NCBI GenBank assembly: GCA_963761305.1
Contig: CAVXGK010000001.1
Coordinates: 64,001-128,000, forward strand
Source: an uncultured Gemmatimonadaceae bacterium
Lineage (GTDB): Bacteria > Gemmatimonadota > Gemmatimonadetes > Gemmatimonadales > Gemmatimonadaceae
Length of the DNA stretch: 64,000 bases
Reading direction: 5' to 3'
The position numbers were made by a program, and so were the translations under genes. The stretch's first letter is position 1. Each line of letters begins with the position of its first letter. The notes beneath the pieces are model-generated. The model saw nothing but the letters and a program-made list of their open reading frames with translations, was not told where the DNA came from and made no database searches. Below, in pieces: positions 30,269 to 38,527 of this stretch.

Positions 30269-32644
30269 ATGGCCTCGACTTCGCTAGAGCTCGAATCCCG
30301 CCCGTCCTACCGCGCCGCGCTCGCCGTTTCGCTCGGCGCGCTGGTGCTGTACCTGCTCACCCTGTCGCCCTCGACGGCGATGTGGGACACGAGCGAGTAC
30401 ATCGCGGCGGCGTACACGTTCGGCCTGCCCCACCCGCCCGGCAATCCGCTGTTCGTGATTCTGGGACGCACGTTCTCGATCCTGCCGATCGCGTCCACGG
30501 TGGCCATTCGAATCAACATCCTGGCGGCGATCTGCAGCGCGGCGTCGGCGGGCATGTGGTTCCTGATCACCGAGCGGATTCTGGTCGGCTGGTTCCCCGA
30601 GAAATGGCAGCGCGTGCTCGGCGGCGCGCTCGGCGCGTTGATCGGCGCAACGGCGTTCACTGTATGGAATCAGTCGGTCGTGAACGAGAAGGTGTACACG
30701 GTGTCGCTGGTCGGCATCGCGGTGATCTCGTGGCTGATGATCCGCTGGTCCGACAACCCGGACGGGTCGAACGCGGACCGGTTGCTCGTCCTCGTCGCAT
30801 ACATCTGCGGCCTCGGCTACGCGAATCACATGGCGGGCATGCTGCCCGCGCCGGCGGTGGGACTCGCCGTGCTCATTCGCCGGCCGCGCACAATCTACCG
30901 CTGGAAGCTGCTGCTGGCGTGCTTTGGCGCGATCGCGCTCGGGCTGACGCCGTTCGCGACGCAGCCGATTCGCGCGGCGTACTTCCCGGCCATCAACGAA
31001 GGCGAACCGACGGCCTGCCGCACCAAGCTCGAGGCCTCGTGCACGTTCTCGAAAGGCACGTACGACGCGTTCGAGTACAACTTCAACCGCGGCCAATACG
31101 GCAAGCCCGACCTGAGCGACCGTCAGGCGTCGTTCCCGGAGCAGGTCGGGATGTGGTGGCTCTACTTCAAGTGGCAGTGGATCCGCGACGCCCACGGCGA
31201 CCACCCGTTCGCGCAGGCGCTGATGGCCGCGGCGTTCCTCGTGCTCGGGCTGTTCGGCGGCTGGGTGCACTTCAAACGTGACCAGCGGAGCTTCTGGTAT
31301 TTCGGCTCGCTGATGTTCACGATGACGTTGTTATTGATATTCTATTTGAATTTCAAGCTGGGAGCGAGCCAGGACGCGGCGTCTCAAGCGCCGCACGAGG
31401 TCCGCGACCGCGACTACTTCTTCCTCTGGAGCTTCTCGGCGTGGGGCGTGTGGGCGGCGCTCGGATTGCTCTACGTCTGGGAATCGATCGCGGCGCTGTT
31501 CGGCACGGAGACGCAGAAGATCGGACGCGACACGATCGTCATGCCGACGCAGAAGAGCTGGCGGCTCAGCTCGCCCGTCCTCCTGCTGTCGCTCGTTCCG
31601 TTGTTCGCCAACTGGCACTGGGCGTCGCGCGCCGGACATCGCGACACGCGCGACTTCGCCGCCGACCTGCTGAATTCCGTCGAGCCGTACGGCGTGCTGG
31701 TCACCGTCGGCGACAACGACACCTTCCCGCTCTGGTATGCGCAAGAAGTCGAGGGCATCCGCCGCGACGTCATCGTCGCCAACACGTCGCTGCTGAACAC
31801 CGACTGGTACGTCCGCCAGATCATTCGCCGGCCGATCTACGAGTACGACGCGGCGAAAGGTCCGTCGATCTACCGCAACAAGCAGTGGCCGAAGCCCACG
31901 CGCTCGCCGCTCAACATGACGATGAACGACGCCGACTCGGTGCCGGCGTACTATCCGCTCAACGCGCCGATGAACTTCGTCGCCGGTCCGCTCAAGGCGA
32001 CGATCGATCCGCGCAATCTCGACCACGGTGTGCTCCAGCGCGCCGACCTGTTCGTCTTGCGCATGATCCAGGATTCGTGGCCGAATCGTCCGATCTACTT
32101 CGCGCGAACGTCTGGCAGCTACGCGAAGCAGCTCGGGCTCGGCGACAACGTGATCACACAGGGACTCGCCGCCAAGCTGTTCCTCCCACCCACCGGCCAC
32201 GGCGCGCCAGGTGACTCGCTGTATCTCCAGGGCGACGGCTGGCTCGACGTCGCGACGAGCGACTCACTCTGGCAGCACACCTTCGTCGGCCCGAAGTCGG
32301 TGCTCAACACAGGCGACTGGATCGATCGTCCGTCGGTCGGCATTCCGTACCTCTACGTCGCCACGGGCATCGAGCTCGCCGAGGCGCTCAAGACGCAGGG
32401 CAAGACGGCCCAGGCAAACAGCACCTTCAACACAGCGAAGCAGGTCGCGACGGCGGTGCGGCTGGACGATCTACTCCGCGGCGCCGAGCAAGAGTTCAAT
32501 CAGATGACCGACACGGCGGCAGCGGCGCCGCTGCCCGGCGCGATCCCCCGCGGCAAGGCAGACATCACGGACACCCTTGTCGGCGAATCCACAACGAAAC
32601 GGGGCAAAGCGCCGGCGAAAAAGCCGCCCGCGAAGAAGCCTTAG
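30269..32644 (+). CDS. DUF2723 (TMEM260-like) membrane glycosyltransferase
   Basis: WDTSEYIAAA..GLPHPPGNPLF, EKVY, EVRDRDYF, GDNDTFPLWY. Confidence 0.9.
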   Translation: MASTSLELESRPSYRAALAVSLGALVLYLLTLSPSTAMWDTSEYIAAAYTFGLPHPPGNPLFVILGRTFSILPIASTVAIRINILAAICSAASAGMWFLITERILVGWFPEKWQRVLGGALGALIGATAFTVWNQSVVNEKVYTVSLVGIAVISWLMIRWSDNPDGSNADRLLVLVAYICGLGYANHMAGMLPAPAVGLAVLIRRPRTIYRWKLLLACFGAIALGLTPFATQPIRAAYFPAINEGEPTACRTKLEASCTFSKGTYDAFEYNFNRGQYGKPDLSDRQASFPEQVGMWWLYFKWQWIRDAHGDHPFAQALMAAAFLVLGLFGGWVHFKRDQRSFWYFGSLMFTMTLLLIFYLNFKLGASQDAASQAPHEVRDRDYFFLWSFSAWGVWAALGLLYVWESIAALFGTETQKIGRDTIVMPTQKSWRLSSPVLLLSLVPLFANWHWASRAGHRDTRDFAADLLNSVEPYGVLVTVGDNDTFPLWYAQEVEGIRRDVIVANTSLLNTDWYVRQIIRRPIYEYDAAKGPSIYRNKQWPKPTRSPLNMTMNDADSVPAYYPLNAPMNFVAGPLKATIDPRNLDHGVLQRADLFVLRMIQDSWPNRPIYFARTSGSYAKQLGLGDNVITQGLAAKLFLPPTGHGAPGDSLYLQGDGWLDVATSDSLWQHTFVGPKSVLNTGDWIDRPSVGIPYLYVATGIELAEALKTQGKTAQANSTFNTAKQVATAVRLDDLLRGAEQEFNQMTDTAAAAPLPGAIPRGKADITDTLVGESTTKRGKAPAKKPPAKKP

Positions 32645-32648
32645 GCTC

Positions 32649-33785
32649 CTAGTCGCGTCGCGGAGGACGCAACACTTCTCGGCGTGTCGTGATCAGCGAG
32701 ATGCGATTCGCATCCACGGCGACGCCGAGCCCGGGCGATTCGACGGGCACGTGCACCAACCCGTTGGCGGCCATCGTCCACTCGGGTGAGACGATGTCGG
32801 TGGCCCAGTAGCGCGAGCTCGGGCTCAGGTCCCCGGGAAGCACGAAGTTGGGCAGCGAGGCGAGCGCCACGTTGTACGCGCGTCCGATGCCGCTCTCGAG
32901 CATCCCGCCGCACCACACGGGAATTCCCGCTTCGGCGCAGACGTCGTGAATCGCCTTCGACGCCGCGAGGCCGCCGACGCGCCCCGGCTTGATGTTGACG
33001 ATGCGACCGCTGCGCAGCGCGATCATGTCGCGGGCGCGTTTGACGCCGGTGATCGACTCGTCGAGACAGAGCGGCGTTTGCAGGCGGCGTTGGAGCGCGG
33101 CGAGATCGAGCAGCTCGTCGGCGCCGAGCGGCTGCTCGAGCATCAGCAGGTTGAACTCGTCGAGCCGCGCGAGATGGGCCGCGTCGTCGATCGTGTACGC
33201 GGCGTTCGCGTCGGCCATGAGCTCGATGTCGGGACCGACGGCCCGTCGCACGGCCCGGACGAAATCGACGTCGCGCCCCGGCTCGATCTTGAGCTTGACC
33301 TTCTGATAGCCCGACGCGACGGCCGCCACCGCGCGCTCGACGAGCGCGGCCGGCGTTTCCTGGAGGCCGAGCGAGATGCCGGTCGGCACGTCGGTCTGCG
33401 TTCCGCCGAGGAGGGCGGAGAGCGACTGCTTTCGCATGACCGCCTCGAGCCCCCAGCAGCCCATCTCGATCGCCGCCTTGGCCATGTTGTGCCCGCGTAC
33501 GTTGGCGCCGAGCACGAACTGCGCGTGCGACGCGTCGACGAGCGGGCGGCCGAGCACGCGCGGGGCGAGCCACTGGCTGATCGCCAGCCAGGCGGTGTCG
33601 ATCGTTTCAGCGCTGTAATTCGGAAACGCCGACGCCACGCACTCCGACCACACGCGCGCGCCGCTCTCGTCCACCATCTCGAGCAGCAGGATGCGCCGCG
33701 TGAACTCGACACCCGATGAGATGCGAAACGGTTCCTTGAGCGCGAGATGGATCTCGCGCATCGTGATTCGCTCGATGCAGATCAT
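32649..33785 (-). CDS. menC: o-succinylbenzoate synthase / N-acylamino acid racemase
   Basis: KLKIEPG, DANAAY, EQP, CLDES, NIKPGRVGG, WCGGMLESGIGRA, PGDLS. Confidence 0.9.
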   Translation of the reverse strand: MICIERITMREIHLALKEPFRISSGVEFTRRILLLEMVDESGARVWSECVASAFPNYSAETIDTAWLAISQWLAPRVLGRPLVDASHAQFVLGANVRGHNMAKAAIEMGCWGLEAVMRKQSLSALLGGTQTDVPTGISLGLQETPAALVERAVAAVASGYQKVKLKIEPGRDVDFVRAVRRAVGPDIELMADANAAYTIDDAAHLARLDEFNLLMLEQPLGADELLDLAALQRRLQTPLCLDESITGVKRARDMIALRSGRIVNIKPGRVGGLAASKAIHDVCAEAGIPVWCGGMLESGIGRAYNVALASLPNFVLPGDLSPSSRYWATDIVSPEWTMAANGLVHVPVESPGLGVAVDANRISLITTRREVLRPPRRD

Positions 33786-33794
33786 CGCCTGAGT

Positions 33795-34838
33795 CTAGCG
33801 CCCGCTCGCCGCGTGAACGAGCGGGGAGAATCCGACACCGTCCGACCAGTTGCCGATCGGCGCCAGGGCCACGATCGTGCCGCGCGCGAGGTCGATCGTC
33901 GCGAGGCGGTTGCGCCCCTGGAGCGTGACGAAGGCCCAGCGGCTGTCGCGCGAGATGGTGACGCCTTCGGGCGACGGCGACCCAGCGACTTCGGCGGTCG
34001 AGACGAGGCTGTCCGCCGGCACCGCGATGTCGAAGCGCTGGCGACGCGTGGCCGCGTCGAACACGCGTACGCGCGCCTTGACCGGATCGGTGACGACCGC
34101 CGTGCGTCCGTCCGGCGACACGGCCATACGGTACGGCAGCCCGAACCCGCGCAGCGTGTCGACCGCCATGCCGGCGCGCAGATCGACGACGACAACGACG
34201 CTGTCGCGATTGCTCCCCGCCCACGCGAACGCGCCGTCGGGCGAGATCGCCACGCCTTCGGGCTGCGCCGCCACGCGAATCACTCGGCCGCTGTCTTTCG
34301 CCAAAGGATCGAGGACGGTGATGGTGCCGTCGGCGATGTTTCCCATCACGAGCCGGTCGCCGCGAGCGGAGAGGCCGAGCATGTGCGTGCCGCGCCCAGA
34401 GCTGGGTCGCGTCGTGATCACGGTGCCGCTCCGCACGTCGACCAGCAACACGGCGCGACTGACTTCAGACGTGACGGCGAGCAGCGTGTCGCCGGGAAGA
34501 AACACCATGCCGTGCGGACGCTGGTAGTCGTGCAGGTCGACCGTGTGGATCGTGTCGAGCTTCTGGATGTCGATGAGCGTGAGCGTGTGCCCCGGTTTCC
34601 CTCTCACGCCGTAGTTGCTGACGGCGGCTCGATACCCGCTGTGCGAGACGGCGACCTCGTGCGGCCCTTCACCGGTCGGGAGCGTGGCGAGCGTGCGTCC
34701 GCTCTCGGCGTCGAGGATCATGGCCGTGTTGTCGTTCATGTTGCTCACGACGACGGTGCCGCGCGGGCGCTCTTGCCCGCGGGCTGACGACACGGCAACT
34801 GCTGCTCCGATCGCGATGTGGAACGCGCGACGCATCAT
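33795..34838 (-). CDS. YncE/YVTN beta-propeller secreted protein
   Basis: Signal peptide; repeated GPHEVAVS, PHGM, PEGVAISPDG motifs. Confidence 0.85.
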   Translation of the reverse strand: MMRRAFHIAIGAAVAVSSARGQERPRGTVVVSNMNDNTAMILDAESGRTLATLPTGEGPHEVAVSHSGYRAAVSNYGVRGKPGHTLTLIDIQKLDTIHTVDLHDYQRPHGMVFLPGDTLLAVTSEVSRAVLLVDVRSGTVITTRPSSGRGTHMLGLSARGDRLVMGNIADGTITVLDPLAKDSGRVIRVAAQPEGVAISPDGAFAWAGSNRDSVVVVVDLRAGMAVDTLRGFGLPYRMAVSPDGRTAVVTDPVKARVRVFDAATRRQRFDIAVPADSLVSTAEVAGSPSPEGVTISRDSRWAFVTLQGRNRLATIDLARGTIVALAPIGNWSDGVGFSPLVHAASGR

Positions 34839-34945
34839 CGTTTGGGTCTCCCGGATTGGATGACGCAAGATGATACGGCGGCGTGTACCGCTCGGTCCAC
34901 CTGGCGCTTACGCGGCGCCCGAGGCCTTACGATCTTTGAACATTG

Positions 34946-35028
34946 GGAGGGCTGGCAGAATGGCTAATGCACCGGTCTTGAAAACCGGCGTCCGCAAGGA
35001 CTTGGGGGTTCGAATCCCTCGCCCTCCG
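34946..35028 (+). tRNA. tRNA-Ser(TGA)
   Basis: Acceptor GGAGGGC/GCCCTCC, anticodon arm CCGGT-CTTGAAA-ACCGG, long variable arm, GGTTCGAATCC. Confidence 0.97.
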
Positions 35029-35067
35029 TTGGAGTTACGAGATCGCGAAAGCGATCGAGGTGGTGTT

Positions 35068-35089
35068 TGGGAAGGTTTTGGGAAGGTTT
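35068..35089 (+). repeat. Tandem TGGGAAGGTTT x2 (putative integrase arm-type sites, left)
   Basis: Exact 11-mer twice; same pair at 36246-36268. Confidence 0.7.
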
Positions 35090-35566
35090 CTAGGCACGGA
35101 ACGAAATGACTGACGACGCGGAAGACGGTGGCACGTCGCGCCTAGCATGGATCTCACGCTACCAGGAAAAGGCGCTCGACCGAGCAGCGCTTGTCGCGGC
35201 CCTATCGAGCGCCCGGATGGAACCGCCCGTTAGCAATACTACGCTGACCTTTGACCTCAATGACCTGCCGAGCTCGGATGCGTTATACGCTGAGCCCCGA
35301 CAATAGTCCGGGAAGCTCCGCCTAGCGTCACGCGTCATGCGCTCGGCGGCCGTCGCTTGGAGCGGCTTCGCGAAGTGCAGCTCATTCTCGAGCATCTTCA
35401 TTTGTGGCGGGAACTCGTGGTAGGCAACCCGGCCGAACGCGTAGACGAAGATCGCCCCCTCGCGATTCACCGGGACGAACGCTCGAGCCTCGGCGCGCCA
35501 GTCGCCAATCGGGACGGGCTCGCTTGCGCCGCTCAACGACCACGTAGTCGTAGGCGTCGCAAGGCG

Positions 35567-36238
35567 CTACGTGGCCTCGTTGTGCCGGGTCAAGAGGTCG
35601 AAACCAATCGCGCGCTTCGGGTTGTCAAGATTCCCGACGCGAATCGTGCCGGCGAACCTCGTGTAGCGCTGTTCAGTGCCCGTGAAGACGTCGCGGTATG
35701 TGGTCTCACCCCACGCATGCACGAAAAGCGTTCCGTTGCGGACTCGTTCCAGGTCCGCGCGCTTCACGGCAATTGGCTTCGTCCATAACGTTTGTCGCGA
35801 CCCCATGACGGCTTTGCTCTCCACTTCGCCCTCCACGGAGAACCCGAAGTCTTTGGGCAGTTCCGTTTCAGCGAATCTCCACTTGGCTCGAATGTCCACG
35901 TCTCGAGCGGGAGTGAGTCCGTCGTTTCGGAACTCTGGCACGAGATTCCAGCCGATCACCTTTTCGTCGACGACGGTTGGGCTGATTTCGAGGCGTCGGA
36001 ACGTGACATACGCGCGCAACTGGCGCTGAGCGGTGTCCTTAGCCAGATCCACGCTCGCCTGCGTCGCGGTCGCTGCCAGCGTGGCCGCGTCCGCAGCCGC
36101 CTTCGCATCGGTCAAGCTCGTGCGCATGTAGACGAGCTGCCAGACAAATAGAGCAGCCTGCAGAATCGCGACCACCAGCATGCCGATTGCGACTCCATTT
36201 GCCATGCCGTCGCTCGGCGGGGCCTGGATCGTGAGCAT
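35567..36238 (-). CDS. Hypothetical membrane-anchored protein (island cargo)
   Basis: N-terminal TM, Ala-rich coil, RQLRAYV..NDGLTPA..Y-D-F pattern; 223 aa. Confidence 0.75.
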   Translation of the reverse strand: MLTIQAPPSDGMANGVAIGMLVVAILQAALFVWQLVYMRTSLTDAKAAADAATLAATATQASVDLAKDTAQRQLRAYVTFRRLEISPTVVDEKVIGWNLVPEFRNDGLTPARDVDIRAKWRFAETELPKDFGFSVEGEVESKAVMGSRQTLWTKPIAVKRADLERVRNGTLFVHAWGETTYRDVFTGTEQRYTRFAGTIRVGNLDNPKRAIGFDLLTRHNEAT

Positions 36239-36245
36239 TCAGATC

Positions 36246-36268
36246 TGGGAAGGTTTCTGGGAAGGTTT
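36246..36268 (+). repeat. Tandem TGGGAAGGTTT x2 (putative arm-type sites, right)
   Basis: Exact 11-mers separated by one base. Confidence 0.7.
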
Positions 36269-36379
36269 GGCGCAAACACTCGCAAACGGCAGCAACAGGC
36301 GCAAATTGCTTTCTAGTCGGCTCGTTGTACTGCAACGACTCACGAACGCATGAGAGTTCACGCAAGAGCCATCCGGGAA

Positions 36380-36438
36380 CTTGAAAACCGGCGTCCGCAA
36401 GGACTTGGGGGTCGAATCCCTCGCCCTCCTTTGGAGTT
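36380..36438 (+). repeat. Duplicate of tRNA-Ser(TGA) 3' half (att site)
   Basis: CTTGAAAACCGGCGTCCGCAAGGACTTGGGGGTCGAATCCCTCGCCCTCC matches 34977-35027 with one T missing; begins at the anticodon loop. Confidence 0.92.
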
Positions 36439-36484
36439 GCGACCTTAGCGTTATTTGAAGGCCCGAGCCCTCGCCCCGGGGGCT

Positions 36485-37222
36485 TCAGTTGTGCCGCGTG
36501 ACAATCAGGTCGGTGACGTAGAATTCGGCCGCCCACGGATACCCTACCCACAGACGGACCGCGGCGAACTGGCTCGCGAGGTTCGGGCGCTTGATCATGT
36601 AGTCATAGGTCCCCTGCGAGACGCCCTTACCCAAGAGGGTCACGTGCGCGACCGCGGAGCCGGCCGTGACCTGCATCGACACCGACAATGTGAAAAGCGA
36701 GCCGTGCGAATAGTGACAGCAAGTCACCGAGGGGTCATCGTCGAAACGGACACTGCCGTCCGGCATGAAGTCCAGGTGCAGAAAGCTCTGGGCGACGGGG
36801 CCTTGTGGGCTGGCGTCGAACTCCACCGAGGAGAGGCCGGTGATGCCCTCTGGGATGAGCATCGTGCCGAGGAAGCCGTAGTTGCCGGTGGGAAAGGTCT
36901 GGGCAAGCGTGGCTTGTGCGATCGCGGACGGAATGGAGTTGTTCTTCGCCAAGATTATGAAGCGGCGGACTCGCAGCCAGTTCTCGCCCGAGCCCAGCAC
37001 CAGTGGGTCGGTGACCTCGATCGCGCCCGAGTCGCCCGCAATCACCTGCATGGTGCCCACGAGCTGCGCCGCCTTCGGTGGCGTCTCCGTCCGCTGGGAG
37101 TTGAACGAGGATTGGAACAGAGTCGTCGAGGTGCAGGCGCCGAGCGCGGGCAGCGCAGCGGCGAGCATCACGCGGGACGCGGCGCGGAGAACACCGATGT
37201 GCAAGAACGCGGGCGAGGTCAT
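36485..37222 (-). CDS. Hypothetical lipoprotein (beta-rich)
   Basis: Lipobox LGAC; AGGAG RBS; 245 aa. Confidence 0.75.
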   Translation of the reverse strand: MTSPAFLHIGVLRAASRVMLAAALPALGACTSTTLFQSSFNSQRTETPPKAAQLVGTMQVIAGDSGAIEVTDPLVLGSGENWLRVRRFIILAKNNSIPSAIAQATLAQTFPTGNYGFLGTMLIPEGITGLSSVEFDASPQGPVAQSFLHLDFMPDGSVRFDDDPSVTCCHYSHGSLFTLSVSMQVTAGSAVAHVTLLGKGVSQGTYDYMIKRPNLASQFAAVRLWVGYPWAAEFYVTDLIVTRHN

Positions 37223-37467
37223 GCCAACTCCTGTCGAGGACGGATCTACGAATGCGAATTATGAATACATCGGACGTCGTTGTTGAGTAGTACGCCGTCG
37301 CGTGCCGCGGCGCCGGGTGCTGGTCAGGACTCGAGCCGATCCGGAGGCCCGGTGAGGACGGACGGAGTCGATGTCGGCCCGTCTGAACGCGGCTTGCCCC
37401 TTGGATCTCGCGCCTTGGGGTCGGTCATAGCGACCTAAGCCTCGGCCGGAGGGCACTCCTTGTCGTG

Positions 37468-37562
37468 CCGAGCGGGCTCGCACCCGTCTCGAGCTCGCGA
37501 CCGGTCGTCTCGAGTTCGCGGCCCGTCGTCTCGAGCTCGCGCAGCGTCGTCCCGAGCGGGCC
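37468..37562. repeat. Degenerate 21-bp tandem repeat (~4.5 units, CGAGCTCGCGNNNNGTCGTCT)
   Basis: CGAG recurs every 21 bp; minus frame reads RELETTG heptads. Confidence 0.65.
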
Positions 37563-37757
37563 GCTGGCCGTCTGGGGTCGCAGTCGGTGGTCGCGTGGCA
37601 TCTCGATGCCGTCGCCGGCGACATGAGCGCCAGCCAGAGCAATCTTCACGCGTTCCGAACGCGACGTGGCCCGTTCTGCGGCGACCACGATCTCGTCCGC
37701 CGTGAGGTGATGGCCGGACGGCGCCGAGTGATGTCGCGGCGCGGGTGAGGTGCATCC

Positions 37758-38135
37758 CCGATGTGGCGAGCCACAACTCCGATGTGGCGAGCCACAACTC
37801 CGATGTGGCGAGCCACAACTCCCATGTGGCGAGCCACAACTCCCATGTGGCGAGCCACAACTCCCATGTGGCGAGCCACAACTCCGATGTGGCGAGCCAC
37901 AACTCCCATGTGCCGAGCCACAACTCCCATGTGCCGAGGTGCAACTCCGAAGTGCCGAGGTGCAACTCCGAAGTGCCGAGGTGCGACTTCGAAGTGCCGA
38001 GGTACAACTCCGAAGTGCCGAGGTACAACTCCGAAGTGCCGAGGTACAACTCCGAAGTGCCGAGGTACAACTCCGAAGTGCCGAGGCGCAACTCCGAAGT
38101 GCCGAGGTGAAGGTCCGATGTGCCGAGGTGAAGCT
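37758..38135. repeat. 18 x 21-bp tandem array of hairpin units
   Basis: Units grade from CCGATGTGGCGAGCCACAACT to CCGAAGTGCCGAGGTACAACT; no spacers. Confidence 0.95.
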
Positions 38136-38207
38136 CTTTGCTGTGGCCACCCGCGATTGGCTGCGGCCCCGACGCTCGAGGCGGCGGTCGGATCTCGTTG
38201 TCTCGCG

Positions 38208-38396
38208 CCCCTACTTAGTAATCGCCACGGGCAGCGATTTGATACCAATCGTCCTCATTAGAGGACGATTGCTTGCATGAATTACCCGGCGAATGACGCG
38301 CGTAGGATGTCTCGCCGACGGCGATGCGCGATCTCTCGCGCTGTAGCGTTTTGTTGCGGTATCAAATCGGGATCCGTGGCGATTTATATGTAGGGG
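38208..38396. repeat. 39-bp imperfect terminal inverted repeats enclosing a hairpin (MITE-like or structured RNA)
   Basis: CCCCTACttagtAATCGCCACGGgcagCGATTTGATACC vs GGTATCAAATCGggatCCGTGGCGATTtatatGTAGGGG; inner CAATCGTCCTC-ATTA-GAGGACGATTG. Confidence 0.75.
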
Positions 38397-38527
38397 CCCG
38401 CGTCATCTGAACTCCGCTGCCCGGTGCCGCCCCTGCGGGTCCTCACCGCGGCGATGCGGAGGCTTCGTCGGAGCGGACTGCGCCTGGTTCAGCGCCGTTG
38501 AGCGTTGTCGGGTGTCGGTCGGGACAG

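Larger units (their letters stand above)
35029..36438. mobile_element. Mini genomic island 1 integrated at tRNA-Ser(TGA), no integrase
   Basis: Bounded by the tRNA 3' half and its near-identical duplicate; tandem TGGGAAGGTTT pairs near both ends. Confidence 0.8.

Noticed and set aside
32649..33785. Menaquinone biosynthesis cluster
   Set aside because: No other men genes nearby; the enzyme may act as an N-acylamino acid racemase
34870..35109. 79-aa ORF; likewise ORFs across 61055-61377 and 36039-36551
   Set aside because: They overlap tRNA genes or the att copy and are spurious translations
36380..36438. Second functional tRNA-Ser
   Set aside because: Lacks the 5' half and has a deletion in the T-loop; it is an att duplication
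37758..38135. CRISPR array
   Set aside because: Units are contiguous 21-mers with no unique spacers, and no cas genes are in the window
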